NCBI GenBank assembly: GCA_963933975.1
Contig: CAWVWE010000006.1
Location: 6,034-70,033 of the forward strand
From: an uncultured Cryomorphaceae bacterium
Lineage (GTDB): Bacteria > Bacteroidota > Bacteroidia > Flavobacteriales > Schleiferiaceae
Reading direction: 5' to 3'
DNA: 64,000 bases
Shown: positions 47,713 to 57,097 of the stretch, in pieces
Numbering within the stretch: position 1 is the first letter of the stretch
How the letters are laid out: each line of letters starts with the position of its first letter
Translations under genes and position numbers: made by a program
Notes under the pieces: model-generated
Databases searched by the model: none
Seen by the model: the letters and a program-made list of their open reading frames with translations, nothing else
Told to the model about the DNA's origin: nothing

Positions 47713-49151
47713 GATCGTAATGCAAATTTAAAGAGTCCATTTCGTTCTAAAGCAAACATTGAAATTAGGTAGGCTAATCCGAGACTGAGTTTTACTCCAC
47801 TACCTCCAACTTCACCGTAATGTATAATAAATGACATGAGGGTCGCGCTTGCCACAAAAGCACCAAGTTTCCGCCAATTATAAGGCACGGGATAGTGTTT
47901 TAACGACCATAATAAACTCGCCACAAACATAGCAGAGTAGGCGGCGAGCGTTGTCCAAGCGGCACCGAAAATTCCAATGATGGGAATCAGCAAGACATTC
48001 CCGACCACGGTAAAGGCGAGGCCTATAAAAGTAATGTAGATCCCATAGGAAGTCTTATCACTTACCTTATACCATACATTCAAGTTGGTGTTGATGCCTA
48101 GAATAACGTTAGCTAAAAGTAAAATAGGGACTAATTCCAATCCAACCCAAAATTTCTCATCAATAAAGTATTTGAGATAGTCTAGTCCTGATATGATCAT
48201 TACAAACGCAATACTCATCACCCAGGTAAAGCCAACCATGACCTTCGCCATCTTTTCTTTACCATCAGCATTTTTCGCATTCTTAAAAAAGAAGGGCTCG
48301 GCAGCATATCTAAATGCCTGATTGAATAGTATGAGAAAAATGGAAATTTTATAAACGGCTCCGTAAATACCGACACCCTGCGCCCAGCTTTCTTTAGGCA
48401 ACAAATATTTTAATAACTGTCGATCAAGCATCTCATTGGCAATCCCAGCAAGCCCACCTATAAGTAATGGAATCCCAAACCTGAGTAAGACTTTGGTGTA
48501 CTTGGGTTCCAAATTGAGCTTCAAAGGCCTTAGTGTGGGTACTAACAACCCAAACATAATAAGTGAAGCCCAGAAATTTGCGATAAAGATATAATCCACC
48601 CCACGCATTTCATGAGACCACCAGCCTGTAATTTCATGGAGTTCCCAGTAGGAGGGAAGGAAGAAATATAAATTGATCGCGACATTTGAGAAGATCAGCA
48701 CTAGTTTAATTCCGGCAAAACGAAATGCTTTATTCTGTCTACGGAGCCTTGCAAAAGGAATGGCACTTAACGCATCTAGCGCTAAAATCGCGACCAAATA
48801 AAAGAGGTATTGCGGAGCGTCTTGGTAACGAAGGGCGGCAAGTATAGGTTGTTGAAACAGGTAGGCAAATAAGGCAATGGCCAAAACCGCCAGGCTAATC
48901 ATCGTTACCGATGCACCAAACACTTTACGTTCATCTAATCCTTTTTGCTCAGAAAAACGGAAGTAGGAAGTCTCCATTCCAAAGGTGACAATAACAATAA
49001 GAAAGGCGATCAGGGAATAAAAATCGACATTAATACCATATTCACTCTGCGTGAGTACCGCCGTCTGAAGGGGCACGAGCAAAAAATTGATCATCCTGCC
49101 TAGGATGCTACTCAACCCATAGATGGCTGTTTGACCGGCTAGTTGTTTCAT
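47709..49151 (-). CDS. MOP-superfamily polysaccharide/lipid-linked oligosaccharide flippase (Wzx/MurJ-like)
   Basis: It has ~14 predicted TM helices and sits in the conserved position upstream of dut. I prefer the ATG at 49151 to the track's GTG at 49163. Confidence 0.7.
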   Translation of the reverse strand: MKQLAGQTAIYGLSSILGRMINFLLVPLQTAVLTQSEYGINVDFYSLIAFLIVIVTFGMETSYFRFSEQKGLDERKVFGASVTMISLAVLAIALFAYLFQQPILAALRYQDAPQYLFYLVAILALDALSAIPFARLRRQNKAFRFAGIKLVLIFSNVAINLYFFLPSYWELHEITGWWSHEMRGVDYIFIANFWASLIMFGLLVPTLRPLKLNLEPKYTKVLLRFGIPLLIGGLAGIANEMLDRQLLKYLLPKESWAQGVGIYGAVYKISIFLILFNQAFRYAAEPFFFKNAKNADGKEKMAKVMVGFTWVMSIAFVMIISGLDYLKYFIDEKFWVGLELVPILLLANVILGINTNLNVWYKVSDKTSYGIYITFIGLAFTVVGNVLLIPIIGIFGAAWTTLAAYSAMFVASLLWSLKHYPVPYNWRKLGAFVASATLMSFIIHYGEVGGSGVKLSLGLAYLISMFALERNGLFKFALRS

Positions 49152-49167
49152 TCCTGTACCCACGCTT

Positions 49168-49175
49168 CAAATATA
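49168..49175 (-). promoter_or_regulatory. Candidate -7 promoter box (TAtaTTTG on the minus strand) for the flippase-dut operon
   Basis: The plus strand reads caaatata, 17 nt upstream of the ATG at 49151. Confidence 0.45.
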
Positions 49176-49187
49176 ACCTTTGAGAGT

Positions 49188-49195
49188 TACCTTTG
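49188..49195 (+). promoter_or_regulatory. Candidate -7 promoter box (TAccTTTG) for the M28 peptidase-gpsA operon
   Basis: It lies 22 nt upstream of the ATG at 49217. It overlaps the track's TTG start at 49193, which argues against that start. Confidence 0.45.
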
Positions 49196-49216
49196 ATCTA
49201 TCATAAAAATGAACTC

Positions 49217-50887
49217 ATGAACAAGTTCCCATACCTACCTACCCTAACGTTGATGTTTCTCTCGTTTTTAGCCACAGCACAGGTGGTTGAAGTAGATAAA
49301 ACAGCTTATAAACGTATGGAGCGCGATTTGTTTTTCCTCTCCTCAGATTCGTTAAAAGGTCGATTACCCGGCTCCTTTGGGGCTGATGTTGCCAGAGATT
49401 TCATTGTCAATAGAATGTCCGAATATGGTTTGGAACCTTTAGGGGATAGGGGCTACTTACAGCCTTTTCCGGTGCCTGAACGCGCAACAGTGAATTACGA
49501 TATGACCGGTATGATTCTAGGTAGAAAGATACTTAAGGGCCATATTGATTTTTATCCAGTCGCTTACAGCGCAAATGGGGAAGTACTGGGGAAGACAGTC
49601 TACGTTGGCTATGGAATAGTGAATACGGAAGGTACTTATGACGATTATTTAGGAAAATATATTGAGGGTAATATTGTCGTGATGAATGTAAGTGCACCAG
49701 ATGGTGTACATCCTCACAGTGCCTATGCTGCGTACCATAGTTTGAGCGAGCGCATCACTCTTGCAAAAAACAAAGGAGCCTCTGCAGTAATACTGATCAA
49801 TCCTGAAGAAACAGCTTCTGATACACCGGAATTTTTCAAAAGCATCAAGAGCTTGGATCTACCGGTCGTCTTTGTAAGAAATCATGTCTGGGAGAAAAAA
49901 TTAACAAAAAAGAGTGTCAAAGTAACCTTGAAAATCGACATGAAAGAGCGCAACAGCGTTGGATATAATGTGGCTGGTTACATTCACAACAACAAGCCAC
50001 AAACAGTTGTCCTGGGTGCTCATTATGATCATATAGGTATGGGCTTGGAGAACAGCTTATACAAGGGAGAACCTGCCATCCATAATGGCGCAGACGATAA
50101 TGGTTCAGGGACAACCATGCTCTTGGAAATGATGGGTTATTACGGTACTCGTAAAGACACGAATTACAACTATTTGATGTTGTTTTTCAGTGCGGAAGAG
50201 AGCGGTTTGATTGGGTCAAAATATTATGTTGCACATCCAACCTTGCCGCTGCAGAAAGTCGCCTATATGATCAACTTTGATATGGTAGGTCGCCTACGTG
50301 AGGATCGCTTTCAGCTGTCCGGAACCGGTACAGCTGCGGAGTGGGATGCTTTGCTAGAAGAGCCTATACACAACCTAATCATTAAGAAGGATCCCTCTGG
50401 TGTAGGTCCTTCCGATCATACGTCATTCTATTATAAAGATCTTCCGGTATTGCATTTATTTACCGGCACACATGAGGATTATCACAAGCCTTCTGATGAT
50501 GCGGAAAAAGTAAACTATAAGGGCATGTCTACATTGACGAGTTTTGTGTACTCGATCACTGCACGAACTGCGGCATATGAGCGCTTAACCTTTCAACCTA
50601 CCAAAGGTGCAGAACAAAATACTTCTCCACGATTCTCCGTTACTTTAGGGGTAATTCCAGATTATTTGTATGGAGGTCCGGGACTTCGGATTGACGGAGC
50701 TACCCAAGGACGAACCGCTGCAAACGCTGGATTACAATCAGGTGATGTAATCCTGAAGATTGGTGCCATGACTATTGACGATATTTACGCATATATGGGG
50801 GCTTTAGGCGCCTTTAAAAAAGGAGACACGACGACCCTGATTTATGAAAGAGAAGGCGAATCTATCACCACAGAAATAACATTTTAA
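49217..50887 (+). CDS. Secreted M28-family aminopeptidase with a PA domain and a C-terminal PDZ domain
   Basis: It has a signal peptide. The M28 metal motifs are HYDHIG, GADDNGSG, FSAEESGL.GS and DHTSF. The C-terminal PDZ-like segment is GLQSGDVILKIGAMTIDD. Confidence 0.8.
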   Translation: MNKFPYLPTLTLMFLSFLATAQVVEVDKTAYKRMERDLFFLSSDSLKGRLPGSFGADVARDFIVNRMSEYGLEPLGDRGYLQPFPVPERATVNYDMTGMILGRKILKGHIDFYPVAYSANGEVLGKTVYVGYGIVNTEGTYDDYLGKYIEGNIVVMNVSAPDGVHPHSAYAAYHSLSERITLAKNKGASAVILINPEETASDTPEFFKSIKSLDLPVVFVRNHVWEKKLTKKSVKVTLKIDMKERNSVGYNVAGYIHNNKPQTVVLGAHYDHIGMGLENSLYKGEPAIHNGADDNGSGTTMLLEMMGYYGTRKDTNYNYLMLFFSAEESGLIGSKYYVAHPTLPLQKVAYMINFDMVGRLREDRFQLSGTGTAAEWDALLEEPIHNLIIKKDPSGVGPSDHTSFYYKDLPVLHLFTGTHEDYHKPSDDAEKVNYKGMSTLTSFVYSITARTAAYERLTFQPTKGAEQNTSPRFSVTLGVIPDYLYGGPGLRIDGATQGRTAANAGLQSGDVILKIGAMTIDDIYAYMGALGAFKKGDTTTLIYEREGESITTEITF

Positions 50888-51891
50888 TGATTGATGTTGC
50901 CGCTAAAAAAGTTGCCGTAATTGGAGGAGGATCTTTTGGAACTGCTCTAGTAAAAATCTTTAGCGCAAACCAGGGACATTGTTTTTGGTGGATGCACAAT
51001 GAGGAGAGCGCTTTGCACTTGATGCAGTTTCATCATAACCCGCGCTATTTGTCTGCGGTGAGGTTTGACCCAGAGACCATAAGTGTATTTACAGAAGTAT
51101 CAGAGGCGGTTAAACAAGCGGACATTGTGGTATTTGCCATACCCAGCGCTTTCGTAAAGTCGGTTTTATTGGAGCTTATGCCTGGTGCGCTGGATGGTAA
51201 AATTGTTTGTTCAGCAATCAAGGGTATAATCCCTGATGAAAACATGATCGTAGGCGAGTACTTACGCGATGTGATGGGTATTCCCGAGAATAACATTGTT
51301 GTGATTACAGGCCCTTGTCATGCTGAGGAAATCGCATTAGAACGACTTAGCTTTCTGACTGTTGCAGCGCAAGAGAAGGAGACGGCTTCTGTGGTAGCAG
51401 AAACCTTGAAAAACCACTATGTGCGCTGCACACTCTCAAAGGATTTATACGGTACAGAGTATGCTGCTGTGATGAAAAATATTTATGCGATCGCCGCTGG
51501 AATGTACCACGGATTGGGCTATGGCGATAATTTTCAAGCAGTGCTGATGTCAAATGCAGCACGTGAGATGAAGCGTTTTATGAATGCAGTTTCGGAGCAA
51601 AAGGTGAATATAAATAAGAGTGCTTACTTGGGCGACTTATTAGTGACGGGTTATAGCCAATTCTCGCGAAATCGCATGCTAGGTAGCATGATTGGCAAGG
51701 GATATACGGTGAGAAGTGCACGAGCAGAAATGACCATGGTCGCAGAGGGATTTTATGCGGTTCCTCTTGTGCACAAACTCAAACGAAAAAGAGATGTACG
51801 TATGCCAATAGTGCAGGCAGTATATGCGGTACTTTATGACGGTAAATCCGTGAAAAAAGTCATGGAAAAATTAGCACAAAAACTAGACTAA
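50887..51891 (+). CDS. gpsA: NAD(P)H-dependent glycerol-3-phosphate dehydrogenase
   Basis: VAVIGGGSFGTALV, GPCHAEE, KNIYAIAAG and MVAEG are present. The start overlaps the upstream stop (TAATG). Confidence 0.9.
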   Translation: MIDVAAKKVAVIGGGSFGTALVKIFSANQGHCFWWMHNEESALHLMQFHHNPRYLSAVRFDPETISVFTEVSEAVKQADIVVFAIPSAFVKSVLLELMPGALDGKIVCSAIKGIIPDENMIVGEYLRDVMGIPENNIVVITGPCHAEEIALERLSFLTVAAQEKETASVVAETLKNHYVRCTLSKDLYGTEYAAVMKNIYAIAAGMYHGLGYGDNFQAVLMSNAAREMKRFMNAVSEQKVNINKSAYLGDLLVTGYSQFSRNRMLGSMIGKGYTVRSARAEMTMVAEGFYAVPLVHKLKRKRDVRMPIVQAVYAVLYDGKSVKKVMEKLAQKLD

Positions 51892-51943
51892 TTTTCAAAC
51901 TTAAGTCAGGCCAAGTACGTTAGAGGAGTACAACATTCGAGTT

Positions 51944-52684
51944 ATGAAATACCTAATCACCGCGTTTGCCCTTGCTTTTTCTGTCATAGTAACCGCTCAG
52001 GACGCTAAAGATATCGTGCGTAAAAGTGAACTGAACGTAAAAGGTGCTCAGAGTACGTCCTCTCTTGAAATAAGAACGGTACGTCCCACCTGGGAGCGCA
52101 ACATGTCAGCAAAAACTTGGTCGAAGGGCATGAATCAAAATATCATATTGATCACCAGTCCAGCTCGAGACAAGGGCACGGTTTTTCTAAAACGTGATAA
52201 GGAGATCTGGAATTATGTGCCCACTATTGAGCGCAGTGTGAAACTTCCGCCTTCCATGATGATGCAAAGTTGGATGGGCACTGACTTCTCTAACGATGAC
52301 TTGGTCAACGAAAGCTCTAACCTAAACGACTATTCCCATAAGATTATTGATGAGGTTGAGGTTGAAGGCCTTTTGTGTTGGGTCGTAGAATTTACACCAC
52401 TTCCTGAAGCCCCTGTGGTTTGGGGAAAAATAATCAACTACATTTCTAAAGAAAGCTTCTTACAAATGAAAGGCGAATTTTATGACGAAGATGGATACCT
52501 GATCAATACAATGCAGGGATTTGATATCAAGGAATTGAATGGCCGAACACTTCCGACACGTATTCGTATGACTCCTGCTGAAGAGCCGGGGCATTACACG
52601 GAGATGGTTTATAAGGAATTGAATTTTGACGCCACATTGACGGATTCATTTTTTTCTATTCAAAACATGAAACGCCTGAGATAA
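51944..52684 (+). CDS. Periplasmic LolA-like outer-membrane lipoprotein-sorting protein (PF17131-like)
   Basis: It has a signal peptide (AFSVIVTAQ). ILITSPARDKGTVFL, IWNYVPTIERSVKL, SWMGTDFSNDDL and CWVVEF match my recollection of the LolA_like family pattern. Confidence 0.7.
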   Translation: MKYLITAFALAFSVIVTAQDAKDIVRKSELNVKGAQSTSSLEIRTVRPTWERNMSAKTWSKGMNQNIILITSPARDKGTVFLKRDKEIWNYVPTIERSVKLPPSMMMQSWMGTDFSNDDLVNESSNLNDYSHKIIDEVEVEGLLCWVVEFTPLPEAPVVWGKIINYISKESFLQMKGEFYDEDGYLINTMQGFDIKELNGRTLPTRIRMTPAEEPGHYTEMVYKELNFDATLTDSFFSIQNMKRLR

Positions 52685-53898
52685 TGCTGAAACTAGCTTG
52701 GCGAAATATTTGGCGAAATAAAGGGCGCAGTGCTATTACTATTGCGGCAGTGATGTTTTGTGTCATTTTTGCCGTGGTATTGCGGAGTTTCCAAATCGGT
52801 GTTTGGGAGAACATGACCCATGAGATTGTAGCTAATAATTTTGGTTATTTACAGCTGCATCAAAAAGGATTTTGGGCTGATCAAACCTTAGATAACAGCT
52901 TAGAATTAGCATCGGTAAACGAGCAGATATTTCTGGATCATCCGGATGTGAAGGGACTCATTCCTCGCATTGAGAGCTTCTCATTAGTGAGTACTGGGGA
53001 AGGGACAAAGGGGACGCTGGTGATGGGGATTGACCCACAAAGGGAACTTCCTGGGTTACAGTTAGATCAATTTCTAGTGCAGGGCAGCACTTTTGCTCCT
53101 GACGATAAAAGTGTCGTTGTAGCTGAGGGCTTGGCTAAATTCTTTAATTTATCCATAGGTGACACACTTCTCTTCATAGGTCAAGGGTACCATGGGGCAT
53201 CTGCTTATGGGCGTTATCCTGTCGTTGGAATAGCCAGAATGAGAAACCCTGAGTTGAACAAACAATTGGTCTTGATGCCTTTCAAGGAAGCCCAATTCAT
53301 GTACAATTGTGTAGGTCGTGCAACCACCCTTGTTGTTGATCTAGAAGAGGGTGCAAGCTACAAGCAGGTTAATCAAGAACTTTTAGCAGCCATAGGTTTA
53401 TCCGCTCTAGAATTGTTGTCATGGGAACAACTGTTTCCAGAGATCATCCAGACCATAGAAGCGGATATGGCCGGTGGACAAATTTTTATCTCTATTCTTT
53501 ACGTTATCATTTCGTTTGTATTGCTTGGAACCGTGATCATGATGGTTGCTGAGCGACAAAGAGAATTTGGAATTTTAGTGTCTATAGGCATGCGTAAAAG
53601 CAAGCTCGCCATGGTCACTGTTATGGAAAACCTCATCTTAACGATGGGAGGTGCATTGCTTGGAATGGCTATTGTCAAACCGGTCCAATTCTACTTTAAG
53701 TACAACCCCATAGACCTTAGCGGTCAAATGCGTGAGGCCGTTGAGCGGTTTAATTTTGAACCAAAGCTACACACCACGACATCGTTTATGATCAATATAA
53801 ATCATGGGTCAATCATCTTTCTCATTGGCAGTTTGGTATCGCTGTATGCGGTTTGGAAAATCATGACCTTGAACCCAGTAAAGAGTATGCGCTCATGA
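52684..53898 (+). CDS. ABC transporter permease, FtsX/MacB/LolCE type (copy 1)
   Basis: It opens with LKLAWRNIWRNKGRS and TM1. A ~230-aa periplasmic domain is followed by three C-terminal TM helices (FtsX fold). The start overlaps the upstream stop (TAATG). Confidence 0.85.
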   Translation: MLKLAWRNIWRNKGRSAITIAAVMFCVIFAVVLRSFQIGVWENMTHEIVANNFGYLQLHQKGFWADQTLDNSLELASVNEQIFLDHPDVKGLIPRIESFSLVSTGEGTKGTLVMGIDPQRELPGLQLDQFLVQGSTFAPDDKSVVVAEGLAKFFNLSIGDTLLFIGQGYHGASAYGRYPVVGIARMRNPELNKQLVLMPFKEAQFMYNCVGRATTLVVDLEEGASYKQVNQELLAAIGLSALELLSWEQLFPEIIQTIEADMAGGQIFISILYVIISFVLLGTVIMMVAERQREFGILVSIGMRKSKLAMVTVMENLILTMGGALLGMAIVKPVQFYFKYNPIDLSGQMREAVERFNFEPKLHTTTSFMININHGSIIFLIGSLVSLYAVWKIMTLNPVKSMRS

Positions 53899-55118
53899 TA
53901 TTTAAAATTGCTTGGCGCAATATTTGGCGTTCAAAGATCAGGTCATTAGTTGTGTTAACTTCCATTGCGCTTGGAATTTGGGCGGGATTGCTCATTATTG
54001 GATTTTCTTTTGGAATGAACAATGAGCGAACTTCCTCTGCCATAGGCTCTACACTAGGCCATAGTCAAGTTCACAGTTTATCATTCCTGGAGGAGCCAAC
54101 GTCTGCTGCTGTAATAGGTTCTGCAGCTGAGGTACAGGCTATAGAAGAGTTACTTCAAGAGGCTGTTTTTGTCAAAGGCGTCTCTACGCGTGCTATCATG
54201 ATGGGCATGGTCAGTGCGCCAAAGAGTGCTCGTGGCGCCCGCATGATTGCAGTAGACCCAGACAGTGAGCGGGCGAATAGCACCCTCCCAGAAACGATAG
54301 TCGAAGGAGATTTTTTTGAGTCAAAAACACGAAATAGTGTCATCATAGGCCAAAAATTAGCTGATAAACTGGGTTTAGGACTCCGTAAAAAAGTGGTTTT
54401 GACTTTTCAAGATGCTGAAGGGAATATTTCACGCGCTTCCTTTCGTATCACCGGAATTTATAAAACATTGAACGCGACTTGGGATGAGTTGAATCTATAC
54501 ATTAAGCGTTCGGATCTTGCCCATATCATCGGTCAAGACCTTGTCCATGAGATTATGGTACGCTATGACGAAACAGAGGGTACGGAGGAGAAAACGGCGA
54601 AACTCTCCGCAGCGCTGCCTGAAGGCGCTGCCATATTGAGCTGGAAACGCAATAGCCCGGAATTAGGATACGCGGATGACATGATGGGTATTATGCTCGT
54701 ACTGGTTTTAGGTATTATTATGATGGCGTTGCTTTTTGGAATCATAAACAATATGCTCATGGCGATCTTAGAACGACGCAGAGAATTGGGAATGTTGATG
54801 GCCGTCGGGATGAATAAACGAAAATTATTTATCATGATTCTCGTTGAAACTTTAATGCTTGGCTTCGTTGCCGGTCCGGTGGGAATACTACTTGGTGACC
54901 TTAGCACGCGAGTGATGATGGGTATTGGAATTGATCTAACGAGCAAGAAAGAAGGTCTAGCGAACCTTGGAGTACAGAGTATTATATACCCCGAGATTGT
55001 ACCCGAGTACTATCTTATTGTTGCTGTTATGGTCATAATGACAGCGTTGTTAGCGGCATTATATCCTGCCTATAAGGCACTAAAATTGAACCCTGTACAA
55101 GCCATACGTGGTGAATGA
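53895..55118 (+). CDS. ABC transporter permease, FtsX/MacB/LolCE type (copy 2)
   Basis: It opens with MIFKIAWRNIWRSKIRS and has the same architecture as copy 1. The ATG at 53895 overlaps the upstream stop (ATGA). The track's 53853 start is an over-extension. Confidence 0.85.
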   Translation: MIFKIAWRNIWRSKIRSLVVLTSIALGIWAGLLIIGFSFGMNNERTSSAIGSTLGHSQVHSLSFLEEPTSAAVIGSAAEVQAIEELLQEAVFVKGVSTRAIMMGMVSAPKSARGARMIAVDPDSERANSTLPETIVEGDFFESKTRNSVIIGQKLADKLGLGLRKKVVLTFQDAEGNISRASFRITGIYKTLNATWDELNLYIKRSDLAHIIGQDLVHEIMVRYDETEGTEEKTAKLSAALPEGAAILSWKRNSPELGYADDMMGIMLVLVLGIIMMALLFGIINNMLMAILERRRELGMLMAVGMNKRKLFIMILVETLMLGFVAGPVGILLGDLSTRVMMGIGIDLTSKKEGLANLGVQSIIYPEIVPEYYLIVAVMVIMTALLAALYPAYKALKLNPVQAIRGE

Positions 55119-55119
55119 T

Positions 55120-55806
55120 ATGAGTAAAACTGTTATTGAAGTAAAAGACCTCTTCAAAGTGTATGAAGGTCCTGTTCCGGTCAAGGCGGTGAATGGAATT
55201 AGCCTGACGATAAAGGAAGGAGAATTTACTGCACTGAAAGGGCCATCTGGATGTGGAAAAACGACGCTGCTGAACATGCTGGGTGGGTTAGATTATCCTA
55301 CCTCAGGATCAATTCTTGTGGGAGGCAATGACATCACTTCACTTGGGGAAAATGAATTGATTGATTTTCGACTGCGCAACATCGGATTTGTATTTCAAGC
55401 CTATAATCTCATACCGGTGCTGTCCGCTACGGAAAATGTCAGCTTCATTATGCTGTTACAGAATCGCCCTAAGGAAGAGCGAGAAGACAGAGCACGTCAA
55501 TTATTGCAATCTGTCGGCCTAACAGGCAAGGAAGACAAACGACCGGGTGAACTTTCTGGAGGCCAGCAGCAGCGAGTTGCAGTGGCTAGGGCACTTGCTT
55601 CTAAGCCTCAATTTGTCCTTGCAGATGAGCCTACAGCGAACTTAGACTCTGAAAGCACAGCGAACCTACTTGATATTATGTTGAAGCTTAACAAAGAGGA
55701 AGGCATGACATTCGTATTCGCTACCCATGATGACAGGGTAATTAACCGTGCACGACGCGTTGTGGCAATTTCTGATGGGAAAGTAGTATCTGATCTTAGT
55801 AAATAA
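55120..55806 (+). CDS. ABC transporter ATP-binding protein (LolD/MacB-type)
   Basis: [26 protein letters not shown] and [11 protein letters not shown] are present. The ATG at 55120 lies 1 nt after the upstream stop. A GTG at 55108 is possible. Confidence 0.9.
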   Translation: MSKTVIEVKDLFKVYEGPVPVKAVNGISLTIKEGEFTALKGPSGCGKTTLLNMLGGLDYPTSGSILVGGNDITSLGENELIDFRLRNIGFVFQAYNLIPVLSATENVSFIMLLQNRPKEEREDRARQLLQSVGLTGKEDKRPGELSGGQQQRVAVARALASKPQFVLADEPTANLDSESTANLLDIMLKLNKEEGMTFVFATHDDRVINRARRVVAISDGKVVSDLSK

Positions 55807-57086
55807 TGAGAAATTGGACGAAAATCGCTCTTTTTTGCCTCGTTTTAGGCCAAATTCAAGTTGTTTTTGCTCAAAACAATGAAAAAGAGGAAGATAGCTG
55901 GAAGTCAAAATGGGCCATTTCGGGTTATCATAAAGCCCTTTATCAGTACAATGGAATCAATCCAGCTTTTGTTCCTCAAAACAGTCCGATACCACTTCCG
56001 GTGGTTCAACTTAACACAAATGACTACCTCTACCATAACAGAATAAACGCCCGTTTTTATGGCAAGAATTTTACGTTTGCGGCAGGTATGCGTAATCGTG
56101 TTTTTGCCGGATATACAAACTCGAATTTCGATGCCCTTCGTGACGATGGAATTCCTCCCTTTTCTGGATATAATGATTTTTTAGACTATACCCACCAAGA
56201 CGGTTTTATACCTTTAAATATTCCATGGTATCAAAGTGATATGATATCCGCATTGTCCGTTTTTGATCGATTTTATATTGATCTTGATCGTGAAAAGTGG
56301 CATTTACGCGTGGGTCGTCAGCGTATCAATTGGGGTATCAATCAGCAGTTCAATCCTAACGATCTTTTTAACCCATTCAATCTTTTCGACATAGACTATG
56401 AGGAGCGGCCTGGCGTGGATGCGATCCGCTATGAGCGCTATACAGGGTTATTGAGCAGTTGGGAGATATCTTATGCGCCTTCAGACAGTATCAAGAACCA
56501 CGTGGCAGCATTTCGCTACAGAACAAACTATTTGGGCTATGACTTTCAAGCCATCGCAGGGAAGTGGAAAACCAGAATAGCCCTAGGTGGGGGGTGGTCT
56601 GGAAACATAAAGAAGGCTGGTTTTAGTGGCGAATTCACGTATTTCTTGCCCTACAAAGATTTGCCTAAAATCAATCCAGCGCAAACTAATTTGGTTCTTT
56701 CCACAAGCGTGGATCATGCTTTTTTAAACGGTTTTTTTGTTAGCATGGGTTACCTATATAATTTTCGTGGCACCACGGATCCAACATTAGTCAGCCTATT
56801 GGGTGGTGATATAGGCCGAACAAGCCCATATAACCCCATGCCTTTTCGACATACGATTACCTCAGCGGTGTTATTTACGATGGGAGAATTAACAAATTTG
56901 ACTCTGACGATTCTCAGTACCCCCAAAGCTGAAATATTTATAGCTATCCCTTCACTGAGCTATAGTATTAACGAGGATTTAGATGCCTCTATTTTTGCTC
57001 AAATATTCCTTACGGACAATCCATTTGAGGATCAGTACACGTGGTTTAGTAACGCAATATTTGTCAGGTTGAAGCAATCGTTCTAA
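55806..57086 (+). CDS. Outer-membrane beta-barrel protein (alginate-export/porin-like)
   Basis: It has a signal peptide (LVLGQIQVVFAQ). LRVGRQRINWGINQQFNPNDLFNP resembles the AlgE-family LRxGRQ...WG motif. It shows an amphipathic strand pattern and ends in a terminal Phe (KQSF). The start overlaps the ATPase stop (TAATG). Confidence 0.6.
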   Translation: MRNWTKIALFCLVLGQIQVVFAQNNEKEEDSWKSKWAISGYHKALYQYNGINPAFVPQNSPIPLPVVQLNTNDYLYHNRINARFYGKNFTFAAGMRNRVFAGYTNSNFDALRDDGIPPFSGYNDFLDYTHQDGFIPLNIPWYQSDMISALSVFDRFYIDLDREKWHLRVGRQRINWGINQQFNPNDLFNPFNLFDIDYEERPGVDAIRYERYTGLLSSWEISYAPSDSIKNHVAAFRYRTNYLGYDFQAIAGKWKTRIALGGGWSGNIKKAGFSGEFTYFLPYKDLPKINPAQTNLVLSTSVDHAFLNGFFVSMGYLYNFRGTTDPTLVSLLGGDIGRTSPYNPMPFRHTITSAVLFTMGELTNLTLTILSTPKAEIFIAIPSLSYSINEDLDASIFAQIFLTDNPFEDQYTWFSNAIFVRLKQSF

Positions 57087-57097
57087 CTTGATCGCTT

